Below, one piece after another: positions 1 through 8,423 of a DNA stretch of 64,000 nucleotides (the first letter of the stretch is position 1; each line of letters starts with the position of its first letter). The stretch spans positions 896,001 to 960,000 of the forward strand of contig CBDCYI010000011.1 of NCBI GenBank assembly GCA_965224085.1, read 5' to 3'. The notes under the pieces were generated by a model that worked only from the letters and a program-made list of their open reading frames with translations, ran no database searches and had not been told where the DNA came from. This DNA comes from Candidatus Marinacidobacterales bacterium (GTDB taxonomy: Bacteria > Acidobacteriota > Vicinamibacteria > Marinacidobacterales > SMYC01). The translations under genes were made by a program, and so were the position numbers.

Positions 1-47
1 ATGGCCAGCGATAGCATGCGCCGTCCCACACGTATTGGAGCTTTGCT

Positions 48-1604
48 ATGACATTCGTTTCGATCGGAATTCGTGCCGCGCTGCTCTTGCTTGTCGCGGC
101 GGTTGCACCGGTTGCCTGGGCCCAGGATGAAAAGCCTGCCACGCCGGAGCACGTGGCCGGTGAGCGGGCGTATCCGTTCGACACCGTCGACCCACGGGAG
201 GAGGAAAAGCCGCCTATTGAACTGCCCGACAGCGTGGCGCCAAAGCTCGAATTGCTGACGCCGGAGCAAATCGAGTTTCTGAAGAGCGGCGATGCACGTG
301 CCTTTACCGGGCCAGCCGAAGATGCCGCCCTCGCGCTCGAGGAACGCACACCGGAGGAAGTAAAGGCGTGGGTCGAGGCCATGCAACAGGTAGTGGAGCA
401 AAGACGCTACACCGAAGCCCGAGACTTGCCCAACATTCCCTTCAACACCGAATCGCCCTATTTCAATGCGTGGCGATTACGGCGTCCCCGCTCCATGGAT
501 CCAGAGCGGGAGGCGGGACCGGTCGCGCTCGGTCGCTATCGCGGCGGGGTCGGTCCGCCAACATTTGGCGGTTTCCCACTGGCGCTGTCGAAGGAAGATC
601 TGGTCGCGGGTGAGGTTGATGTCGCCATCCTGGGCGCGCCCCTGAATATGGGCTCGGGATGGCGCGACTCGGGCGAGCGCGCCACCGTCGAGCTTCGCCT
701 GCGCGGCCGGGCCATGGGCGGAGCGGACCAGTATGTGCAAATTGATGCATCTAAGGCAATGACCGTCGTGGACTACGGCGACGTTGCGGTAGACAACGAA
801 AGCACCGAACGGTCCATGTGCCACGTACGCGATATTGTGCGCGAGATCGCGGAGACGGGAGCCGTACCCATGATTGTCGGCGGCGACCACTCATTGGAGT
901 ATCCCAATGTTGCGGCCCTGGCAGACGTTTATGGGAAGGAAAAGGTATCCGTTATTCACTTCGACTCGCATTACGATGCGTGGTGGGGCGGCACCCACCT
1001 GATCAGTCATGGATACCCCGTGTACCGCCTGATTAATGAAGGCCATGTGCGGGCTGCGGATTACATCCAGGTCGGGCTGCTCTCGAGCGGACCCGACAAG
1101 TCGGGTTTCAAATGGATGCGGGAACAGGGCATGCGCTATCACACCATGGCCGAGATTGAGCGGCGGGGCTGGGATGCCGTGCTTGACCGGGTTGTCGCCG
1201 AGGCCAGTGAAGAGGGGCGCAAGCTGCACATCTCTTTTGACATTGATGTTGTCGATCCCGCATTCACAGTGGCTACCGGCACACCGGTTCCAGGCGGGCT
1301 CACCATGCGCAAAGCGATTACCATCGTGCGCCGCCTGTGTGCGGAGTCCAATGTGGTGGGTTTCGACCTGGTCGAATTGCATCCTGCACTGGATCCGACC
1401 TACCAGACTACGCTCAACAGTGTGCATATCGTCAAAGCGTGCCTGACGGGACTCGCGGTGAACAAGGAAGAGCTGACTGAGAAGCATTACCTGAGCCCGT
1501 TGTCATCGGAGCACGCCATAGACGACTACTATGGCGACCAGCAACAGTACCTGGACGCGACAAAGGCAGAGAAAGAGAAGGAAGAAGAAAAAAAGAAGGA
1601 GTGA
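48..1604 (+). CDS. Agmatinase/ureohydrolase-family protein with signal peptide and long N-terminal extension
   Basis: Mn-binding motifs GGDHS, DSHYD and SFDIDVVDP...GTP; hydrophobic N-terminus ending AWA-Q (signal peptide); GGAG RBS upstream. Confidence 0.85.
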   Translation: MTFVSIGIRAALLLLVAAVAPVAWAQDEKPATPEHVAGERAYPFDTVDPREEEKPPIELPDSVAPKLELLTPEQIEFLKSGDARAFTGPAEDAALALEERTPEEVKAWVEAMQQVVEQRRYTEARDLPNIPFNTESPYFNAWRLRRPRSMDPEREAGPVALGRYRGGVGPPTFGGFPLALSKEDLVAGEVDVAILGAPLNMGSGWRDSGERATVELRLRGRAMGGADQYVQIDASKAMTVVDYGDVAVDNESTERSMCHVRDIVREIAETGAVPMIVGGDHSLEYPNVAALADVYGKEKVSVIHFDSHYDAWWGGTHLISHGYPVYRLINEGHVRAADYIQVGLLSSGPDKSGFKWMREQGMRYHTMAEIERRGWDAVLDRVVAEASEEGRKLHISFDIDVVDPAFTVATGTPVPGGLTMRKAITIVRRLCAESNVVGFDLVELHPALDPTYQTTLNSVHIVKACLTGLAVNKEELTEKHYLSPLSSEHAIDDYYGDQQQYLDATKAEKEKEEEKKKE

Positions 1605-1629
1605 CGACGCACAACTTCGCCTCGCGTCT

Positions 1630-1707
1630 CACGCCGTCGCTCTGCTCGAGCCCGTAGATCTGCGCGACGTTGGGATGGTTCAGCGCGGCGAGAAGCTCGG
1701 CCTCCCG
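1630..1707 (-). pseudogene. Short relic of a Ser/Thr protein kinase (subdomains III-IV)
   Basis: Reverse strand reads REAELLAALNHPNVAQIYGLEQSDGV, a typical Hanks kinase alphaC/HPN segment, with no start and no flanking kinase sequence. Confidence 0.75.
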
Positions 1708-1742
1708 CCCCCTCTATTCCAGCCTTATACGAAGAATCGAAC

Positions 1743-1763
1743 GTTGATCCAAAGTTGATCCAA
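1743..1763. repeat. Tandem direct repeat GTTGATCCAA x2 in an AT-rich intergenic stretch (possible integrase arm-type site)
   Basis: gttgatccaa-a-gttgatccaa is seen directly; the functional call is inference. Confidence 0.45.
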
Positions 1764-1906
1764 GAGTCGGTGGAATTCTCGAAATCGTCTATCTAGTGTC
1801 AGTCACTTAGGGTGAAATCGATTGGATATCTTTCCCTGTTTTCTGTAGTTTCCAGTCGTAGACGCTAATTCTTGGAATGCCCCAAATGTCTTTATAATGT
1901 TACGTT

Positions 1907-2647
1907 GTGATGGACCACAGCGAGGCGCCGCGCAGGTTTCCTGAAACGCGCCATTCGATCGTGCGCGATTTGTCCGAAGGCGACGGTGAACGGCGCGACC
2001 AGGCGTTCGCGAGTCTCGTCGAAGCCTACTGGAAGCCCGTCTACACCTACCTCCGCCTCTACAAACATATCGCCCGCGACGATGCCGAGGATCTCACGCA
2101 GGGGTTTTTTGCTTTCGCCTTCGAGAAAGGGACGCTCGCGCGCTTTGATTCGGAACGGGCGAAGTTTCGCACGTGGGTACGGACGTGCCTCGACGGCTAC
2201 GTGGCCAACGAGCGCAAAGCCGCCCAGCGGCTGAAGCGCGGCGGCGCCTACCAGCATGTCTCGCTCGATTTCGAGACCGCGGAGGGCGAGCTACGGCAGC
2301 GGGAGATCGCGGCGGCGGACGACGTCGAGGCGTTTTTTCATCGCGAGTGGATGCGCGAGCTGCTCGCGAGCGCTATCGACGATCTTCGTGAGGCATCGGC
2401 GCGCGAAGGACGAGAGCTCGAGTTCAAAATATTCGAGCGCTACGACGTCGACCGCCCGGACGTAGCCGTGCTCACTTATGCGGAGCTCGCACGCGAGCTC
2501 GGGGTCTCCGCGAGCAAGGTGACCAACGCACTCCGCGCGATGCGGCAGAGACTGCGCGAGCGTGTCTTGAGCCGTCTCGACGGAATATCGACGAGCGAAA
2601 CAGACTTCAAAGAGGATGTGCGGACGCTTTTCGGAGACGGCTCGTGA
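1907..2647 (+). CDS. ECF sigma-70 factor (kinase-associated type)
   Basis: N-terminal FPETRHS motif, region 2 YWKPVYTYL..DAEDLTQGFF..FRTWV, region 4 HTH TYAELARELGVS; overlaps the kinase start (GTGA). Confidence 0.88.
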   Translation: MMDHSEAPRRFPETRHSIVRDLSEGDGERRDQAFASLVEAYWKPVYTYLRLYKHIARDDAEDLTQGFFAFAFEKGTLARFDSERAKFRTWVRTCLDGYVANERKAAQRLKRGGAYQHVSLDFETAEGELRQREIAAADDVEAFFHREWMRELLASAIDDLREASAREGRELEFKIFERYDVDRPDVAVLTYAELARELGVSASKVTNALRAMRQRLRERVLSRLDGISTSETDFKEDVRTLFGDGS

Positions 2648-3651
2648 CGTTTCTCTCGAATCGAGCGCTCGAGCATCTCCGTCGGGTGGCTGAGCTTCCC
2701 AAGCTCCCCGGAGGTCGCTATACGGTCGTCGGGGAGATCGCGCGGGGCGGGATGGGCACGGTCTATGTGGCGCGGGACGAGGAGCTCGAACGTCGCGTCG
2801 CGCTCAAAGTGCTGAGCGCCACAGAGCTCGGAGAAGACGGGCGCGCGCGCATGGCGCGGGAAGCGCGCATCCTGGCGCAGCTCGAGCATCCTGGGATCGT
2901 GCCGGTCCATGATGTCGGCACGCTCGCGGATGGCCGTGTCTACTACACGATGAAGCTCGTCGAGGGCGAGAGGCTCGACGAGCACGTGCGGCTGAAGCTC
3001 GGCTTGCGGGAGCGCCTCCGGATTTTCGAGCGCATGTGCGAAGCGGTGGCTTTCGCCCATGCCCACGGGGTCATCCATCGCGACCTCAAACCCAGCAACG
3101 TTATGGTAGGGCCGTTCGGCGAAGTCTTGGTGTTGGATTGGGGTGTCGCGAAGATCCTCGACGATAGCGCGGAACAGCGGGCTGCGGCGTCGACGGTGCC
3201 CGTGGCGACTGCCCCTGTGGACTTTCACGAAGCGGTAACGCGTGCCGCTCCGTCAGGCCAGACCCGTGCCGGGACGGTGCTCGGGACACCCGGCTACATG
3301 GCGCCGGAACAAGCCGCTGGCAGAGTAGACCTTGTCGACGCCCGGGCGGATGTCTATGCTCTCGGCGTCATGTTGAAAGAGCTCGTGGACAGAGCCGACG
3401 AAGCCGTGCCGCGTCGCCTCCAGGCGATCGCGGTCAAAGCGCTCTCCCAGGAGCTCGATGGGCGCTACGCGGGGGTGCCGGAGCTCACAGGCGACGTCGC
3501 CAACTTTCTCGACGGTGAGCCCGTCTCGGCCTATCGCGAGGGGTTGGTCGAAATCGCGGCGCGATGGTTCGAGCGCTACCGTGCACCGATCTTGCTCATC
3601 GTCACCTATCTCGTTGTGCGGGCGCTGATTCTTGTCATCGCTGGTACTTGA
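2644..3651 (+). CDS. Ser/Thr protein kinase with a single C-terminal TM helix
   Basis: GGMGTVY, VALK, HRDLKPSN, DWG, GTPGYMAPEQ, DVYALG; hydrophobic C-terminal tail. Confidence 0.93.
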   Translation: MTFLSNRALEHLRRVAELPKLPGGRYTVVGEIARGGMGTVYVARDEELERRVALKVLSATELGEDGRARMAREARILAQLEHPGIVPVHDVGTLADGRVYYTMKLVEGERLDEHVRLKLGLRERLRIFERMCEAVAFAHAHGVIHRDLKPSNVMVGPFGEVLVLDWGVAKILDDSAEQRAAASTVPVATAPVDFHEAVTRAAPSGQTRAGTVLGTPGYMAPEQAAGRVDLVDARADVYALGVMLKELVDRADEAVPRRLQAIAVKALSQELDGRYAGVPELTGDVANFLDGEPVSAYREGLVEIAARWFERYRAPILLIVTYLVVRALILVIAGT

Positions 3652-3754
3652 ACTTTTTTGTGGCCAGACTCAAACAAATCCGGGCGGGCGTTTTATAGAG
3701 GGGTGTGGGCGCGGTATCATCCGCGACCCGTTCTCGAGGAACTGGAGGATTCAC

Positions 3755-4123
3755 ATGAACCGACCGCTCGTAGGACTTTTGCTCGGAGGGCTCATCGGCT
3801 TGTTCGACGGCTCCACGGCGTTTTTTACTGCCCCGGAAATGCGCGCCGAGCTCGCCGGGATCGTGATGGGCTCTGCCTTCAAAGGCGTCATTGCCGGTCT
3901 TGTTGCCGGCATCATCGCCCGCAAGACGGGCTCCATTACTTTCGGTGTAGTGACGGGGCTCGTGGCCGCGCTCGCTCTGGCGATCCCAATCGCTCACATG
4001 AACGCGACTTACTACGGTGACGCCACCATTTACTGGAAGATCATTCTTCCGGGCGCTGTCACGGGGATGACCGTCGGCTACGGTATCGTCCGCTTCGGCC
4101 GGCCGTCCCCGTCGGCGCACTAG
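3755..4123 (+). CDS. Small hypothetical membrane protein (about 4 TM helices)
   Basis: GGAGGA RBS before ATG 3755; four Gly-rich hydrophobic segments. Confidence 0.75.
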   Translation: MNRPLVGLLLGGLIGLFDGSTAFFTAPEMRAELAGIVMGSAFKGVIAGLVAGIIARKTGSITFGVVTGLVAALALAIPIAHMNATYYGDATIYWKIILPGAVTGMTVGYGIVRFGRPSPSAH

Positions 4124-4170
4124 TGCCCTTCGGACTCGTGCTCGCAGAGACGTTGCGCGAACGCTAGCGA

Positions 4171-5070
4171 TCAAGTCCAGAGGTGGCCTTCCATGACTTG
4201 GACCGCGTGTCCGCCGACACGGACCGCGAGGCCATCTCCGTTGCGCTCGCACTGTACGTAGATACGACCCTCCCGTCCAATCTCGATGCCTTGCTCGGAG
4301 ACGTACTCGAATGACGCGTCTTCCGCGTAGCGATGTTTCGCGAGATAGGCTGCCGTCGAACCGTTGCCGGAGCCGCACGGCGGATCTTCAGAAACGCCCT
4401 CGCCGGGCGCGAAGGACCGGATCCGATAGCTCGCTTCGTTTGCCTGAGCTTCCGGGCAAAACGTTGTGATACCGATCGCGCCACGCTCGCGGCAGACGCT
4501 CTCGATAAGGCGTTGATCGGGCTCGAGCGCGGACATGGCCCGGAGAGAGTGCAGGGGGATGATTATCCACCAAAGCCCCGTCGAGACGATCTCGGCAGCG
4601 CTTTCACCGATGTCGGACGCCGCGCAACCGAGCATCGAGGCAGCGAGGCCCGCATCGACTTCGGCGTCGCGATAGGCGGGCTCTGCTTGTGTCATGGCAA
4701 AGCGCACTTCGTCGCGTTCGTCACCGGCGCGCTCGAAGGCGACCGGCACGATACCGATCCCGCATTGCTGGCGCAATAAGTCTTCCTCGGGTGTGACCCG
4801 CTTCGAGGTCAGCATCGCATAGGCGGTCGCGAGGGTGGGATGGCCGGCAAACGGAAGCTCGCTTTGCGGCGTGAAGATGCGGGACCAGTAATGCGCACTG
4901 GGCTCGGTCGGCGGCAAGACGAACACCGTCTCCGAGAGATTCATTTCACGCGCGATGCGCTGCATCGTCTCCTGCGAGAGTCCCTCGGCGTCGAAGACGA
5001 CGGCTGCGGGGTTGCCGTAATAACGGTTTTTGGAGAACGCGTCGACTTGCCAGAAATATCGCTTCTTCAT
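4171..5070 (-). CDS. PhzF-family (DAP epimerase fold) isomerase
   Basis: QVDAFS..GNPAAVV, EMNLSETVF, RIFTP..ELPFAGHPT, EDPPCGSG, EQG..GR. Confidence 0.92.
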   Translation of the reverse strand: MKKRYFWQVDAFSKNRYYGNPAAVVFDAEGLSQETMQRIAREMNLSETVFVLPPTEPSAHYWSRIFTPQSELPFAGHPTLATAYAMLTSKRVTPEEDLLRQQCGIGIVPVAFERAGDERDEVRFAMTQAEPAYRDAEVDAGLAASMLGCAASDIGESAAEIVSTGLWWIIIPLHSLRAMSALEPDQRLIESVCRERGAIGITTFCPEAQANEASYRIRSFAPGEGVSEDPPCGSGNGSTAAYLAKHRYAEDASFEYVSEQGIEIGREGRIYVQCERNGDGLAVRVGGHAVQVMEGHLWT

Positions 5071-5155
5071 GACGCTAGCTTGGCGCGTTAGCTCGCTCTA
5101 AAGCGAATGCGTCGGGACAATTACTAGTCGCGTGTATCACTACTGTTACAGGGGG

Positions 5156-5815
5156 CTAGGCCAGCCGAACCGCGCCGATGGCGAGCGTCGCCGCGGCTTG
5201 CGTGGGATCGATGACGGGCACGCCGAGCGCGTCCTCGAGCCGTTCCCGATAGCGCGCCATCCCAGCGCAACCGAGGATTAGAACGTTCGCGTCATCTTCG
5301 TCACGCAAGCGCCGGCCCGCTACAACGAGTTTTTCGAAAACATCGTCTTCGCCCGCGAGATCGACCACGCCGACGCCTATCGCCACGTCGCCGGCGAAAC
5401 GAGCGGAGAGACCCGCGGCGCGCACCGCGCGCTGGTGCCGTGGGATCGACGCGTCGAGAATCGAGATGATGCCGAAGCGCTCCCCGCCGGTGAGGGCAGT
5501 GACCATGGCGCTCTCGGCAATCCCGAAAACGGGCTTCGACGTCGTCTCGCGCGCCGCATGCAATCCTGGATCGCTGTAGCACGCGATGATGAAAGCACTC
5601 GCGGAGTCGTCACGCGATCGGATCAAATCACAGAGCGGCGCAACGACGGCATCGGCCTGCGCTTGCGACTCGATGCCGGGCGGACCTGCTGTCAACGTTA
5701 CGCATTCGATCGGCGGGCCGCCTTCGAGCCGAAGCGGATCGAGCGCGCGGTCGATGCCGCGCGTGACTTCCTCGCTCGAGTTGGGATTGATGACGACGAT
5801 GGGGTCCACGATCAT
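5156..5815 (-). CDS. Hydantoin/allantoin racemase-like (Asp/Glu racemase family)
   Basis: VINPNSS, IACYSDPG and ILGCAGM (two catalytic Cys), PVIDPTQAA; ATG 5815 overlaps the upstream stop (ATGA). Confidence 0.88.
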   Translation of the reverse strand: MIVDPIVVINPNSSEEVTRGIDRALDPLRLEGGPPIECVTLTAGPPGIESQAQADAVVAPLCDLIRSRDDSASAFIIACYSDPGLHAARETTSKPVFGIAESAMVTALTGGERFGIISILDASIPRHQRAVRAAGLSARFAGDVAIGVGVVDLAGEDDVFEKLVVAGRRLRDEDDANVLILGCAGMARYRERLEDALGVPVIDPTQAAATLAIGAVRLA

Positions 5816-6210
5816 CGAACCGCAAGACGGCTTTCGATCATGATGCACGCGTTGGCGAGGTAGTTGAAACCGTGCTCCTGCAGAAAGGACATCGCTTCCG
5901 GGCTCTCGGCGCCTGGCTGGAGCCAGACATTCATGAGATCCAGCGCAAGACTCTCTTCCAAGATTTGGGTCGTTACGGAGGGCGGCACGACGATGTTCAC
6001 AATCGTCGGCTTCTCTGGAATCTCGGCGAGCCTCGAATAGGCCTTGTCGCCGTCGACTTCGGAGCGATTCGAGTTGACGGGATAGATGCTGTAACCCTTG
6101 CGCTTGAGGTCCCGATAGATGACGTAGCCATATTTCCCCGAGTTGTCCGTGGCGCCGACGACCGCGACCGTCGTTTCCGCCTCGGTCAAGAGCGAAGCGA
6201 TATCTTCCAT
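5812..6210 (-). CDS. CoA-binding protein (YccU-like)
   Basis: VAVVGAT, YPVN, WLQPGAES, C-terminal ACIM. Confidence 0.88.
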   Translation of the reverse strand: MEDIASLLTEAETTVAVVGATDNSGKYGYVIYRDLKRKGYSIYPVNSNRSEVDGDKAYSRLAEIPEKPTIVNIVVPPSVTTQILEESLALDLMNVWLQPGAESPEAMSFLQEHGFNYLANACIMIESRLAVR

Positions 6211-6224
6211 GGGATGATTCTAAC

Positions 6225-6896
6225 TCAAACAGGTGCAGCCAAACGGTGCTCCATCGTGCTCAAGAGCCGCACGAGGGGCCAGAGGAGCGCGAAGTAAACG
6301 AGCGCGGCCATCACGAGGGGGGTGGGGTTGAAGGTTACGCCCTGCGCAATGCGTGCCATTCGCAAGAGCTCCGGAAGTGCAACGACGCTCGCGAGCGAAG
6401 TGAGCTTCACCACTTCGAGCGTATTGCTCACGAGGTCGGGAAGCACGTTACGTGTGGCTTGAGGCAAGACGACGTAAGCCATCGTTTGGAAGGATGAGAG
6501 CCCCGTCGAGCGTGCCGCTTCCCGCTGCCCGGCGGGAACGCTTTCGATGCCCGCGCGAAAAATCTCTCCGTAGAAGCTCGACGTGTTCAAAACAAAAGCG
6601 AGGCTCACGGCAGCGAGATTCGAAATCTCGATCCCGAGATAGGGAAGCGCGTAGAAGACAAAGATGACGAGGACGAGAGGCGGGAAAGCGCGGAAGAAGT
6701 CGATATAGACGATGAGCACGGCGTGGAGCCATCGCTTGTGCGAGCTGAAGAGCATCGCGAGCACCGCGCCGCTCACGACGCCTGTCGGGATGACGATGGC
6801 CGAGAGCTGAAGCGTCATGAAGAGTCCCCGAACCAAGTAGGGGAGGCTCGCCTCCATGACCTCGGGATTGAAGAAGCTCTCGATGAGAGATTCCAT
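6225..6896 (-). CDS. Polar amino-acid ABC transporter permease
   Basis: YIDFFRAFPPLV, EIFRAGIESVPAGQREAARSTGL (EAA motif), KLTSLAS. Confidence 0.93.
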   Translation of the reverse strand: MESLIESFFNPEVMEASLPYLVRGLFMTLQLSAIVIPTGVVSGAVLAMLFSSHKRWLHAVLIVYIDFFRAFPPLVLVIFVFYALPYLGIEISNLAAVSLAFVLNTSSFYGEIFRAGIESVPAGQREAARSTGLSSFQTMAYVVLPQATRNVLPDLVSNTLEVVKLTSLASVVALPELLRMARIAQGVTFNPTPLVMAALVYFALLWPLVRLLSTMEHRLAAPV

Positions 6897-7008
6897 TACA
6901 GTTTAGTGCTCGCTCTTTCTACGTTCGCTCGCCCGGCATTTCATCGGCCCATTCGGGCCGGGCTCGCTCCGCTCGCAGCAGGGAGCCGTTGCGTTCGTCA
7001 GCACCCTG
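6897..7008. repeat. REP-like GC-rich palindromic insert between the two permease genes
   Basis: Nested inverted repeats gcccggc...gccgggc and ggccc..gggcc, plus repeated gctcgct/cgctcgc units. Confidence 0.45.
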
Positions 7009-7680
7009 CTAATGCCTCCAGCCAAAGCGCGATTCCACCCATCGGCTCGCCACCACGAGTGGGAGAAAGAGCACGAGGTAGGCTATCGCTGCGAGCGTCA
7101 ACGGAGACGGGTTGGCGGTTTGCGCCTGGATGCTCGTCGCTTGATTCAGGATCTCGGGTACGGCGATGACCGAGGCGAGGGCCGTCCCCTTGCCGATGGC
7201 GATCGCGCGGTTCGTGAGCGGCGGGATAGCGAGGCGGATCGCCTGAGGGAGCACGACATGGACAAGCGTCGCGCCCGAGCCGAGGCCCGTCGCGCGCGCG
7301 GCCTCCCACTGACTCTCGTCGACGGACAAGATGCCGGCCCAGAAGATCTCTTCAGAAAAGGCTGCGAGGACGAGGCTCAACCCGAGCCATGCGGCGGTGA
7401 ATCCTGAGAGCTGGATGTCGAGGTAAGGGAGCGCGAAGTAGAGCACGATCAAGATAACGAGTGGGGGGAGCGCGCGGAACGCGTCGACGAAGATGACGAT
7501 CAGGATGTTGAGAGGCCGTCTGCGCCCAACGCGCACGAGCGCGAGTGCTAGGCCGAGCGTGATGCCCGTTGGGATGATGGCGAGCGTCAGCTGCAGCGTC
7601 ACCCGGAGCCCCTCCGCGACGGCCGGCAGCGCTTGCGCCAGAATCGCGGCGTTGAAAAAACTGTCGACGAGCGATCCCAT
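7009..7680 (-). CDS. Polar amino-acid ABC transporter permease
   Basis: FRALPPLV, QWEAARATGL EAA motif, KGTALAS; paralog of 6225-6896. Confidence 0.93.
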   Translation of the reverse strand: MGSLVDSFFNAAILAQALPAVAEGLRVTLQLTLAIIPTGITLGLALALVRVGRRRPLNILIVIFVDAFRALPPLVILIVLYFALPYLDIQLSGFTAAWLGLSLVLAAFSEEIFWAGILSVDESQWEAARATGLGSGATLVHVVLPQAIRLAIPPLTNRAIAIGKGTALASVIAVPEILNQATSIQAQTANPSPLTLAAIAYLVLFLPLVVASRWVESRFGWRH

Positions 7681-8423
7681 TAGCTTTGAAAACGTTCGAG
7701 AAAGGCACGGGTGCGCGCTTCGCGCGGTTTGGTGAAGAGCGCTTCCGGATCACCTTGCTCGACGATCTCGCCCGCATCCATGAACAAGACGCGGTCGGCG
7801 GCTTCACGGGCGAAGGCCATCTCGTGACTGACGATGAGCATGGTCATCCCTGACGCGCGCAGCTCACGGATGACCTTGAGCACGCTTCCCACGAGCTCTG
7901 GATCGAGTGAGCTTGTCGGCTCGTCCATGAGGAGCGTCTGCGGCTCGAGCGCGAGCGCTCGCGCGATAGCGACCCGTTGCTTCTGGCCCCCGGAGAGCTC
8001 GCCCGGGTAAGCATCTGCTTTGTCGACGAGCCCGACCTGCTTGAGCGCGGCCCGCCCCGCGTCCTCGGCTTCGCGCTTCGGCTGATCGAGCACTTTTCGA
8101 AGCGCGAGCGCCACGTTCCCGAGCGCCGTCATGTGCGGATAGAGGTTGAACGACTGGAAAACCATGCCCATTTTCTGGCGCAATCGGTTGACGTCGATCT
8201 CGGCGCTCAAGATGTTCTCGCCGTCGAACGAGATCATCCCCGAAGACGGCTCTTCCAGACGGTTGCAGCAACGAAGGAGTGTGCTCTTGCCCGAGCCCGA
8301 GGGGCCGATGAGGAAGAGCATCTCTTTTCGGGAGAGCTCGAGGTCGACGCCCTTGAGGACTTCGACACTGCCGAAGGATTTGCGAAGGCCTTCGATGTGA
8401 AGGATGACGTCGTTCAACGGCAC
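7680..8423 (-). CDS. Polar amino-acid ABC transporter ATP-binding subunit (GlnQ-like)
   Basis: Walker A GPSGSGKS, LSGGQKQR signature, DEPTSSLDPE, SHEM. Confidence 0.95.
   Translation of the reverse strand: MPLNDVILHIEGLRKSFGSVEVLKGVDLELSRKEMLFLIGPSGSGKSTLLRCCNRLEEPSSGMISFDGENILSAEIDVNRLRQKMGMVFQSFNLYPHMTALGNVALALRKVLDQPKREAEDAGRAALKQVGLVDKADAYPGELSGGQKQRVAIARALALEPQTLLMDEPTSSLDPELVGSVLKVIRELRASGMTMLIVSHEMAFAREAADRVLFMDAGEIVEQGDPEALFTKPREARTRAFLERFQS

Noticed and set aside
3650-3674. GAACTT...TCAAA sigmaE-like promoter before the small membrane gene
   Set aside because: The spacer is only 14 nt, too short for the usual 16-17.
4171-5070. Phenazine biosynthesis cluster
   Set aside because: Only a PhzF-like gene is present, with no phzA/B/D/E/G.
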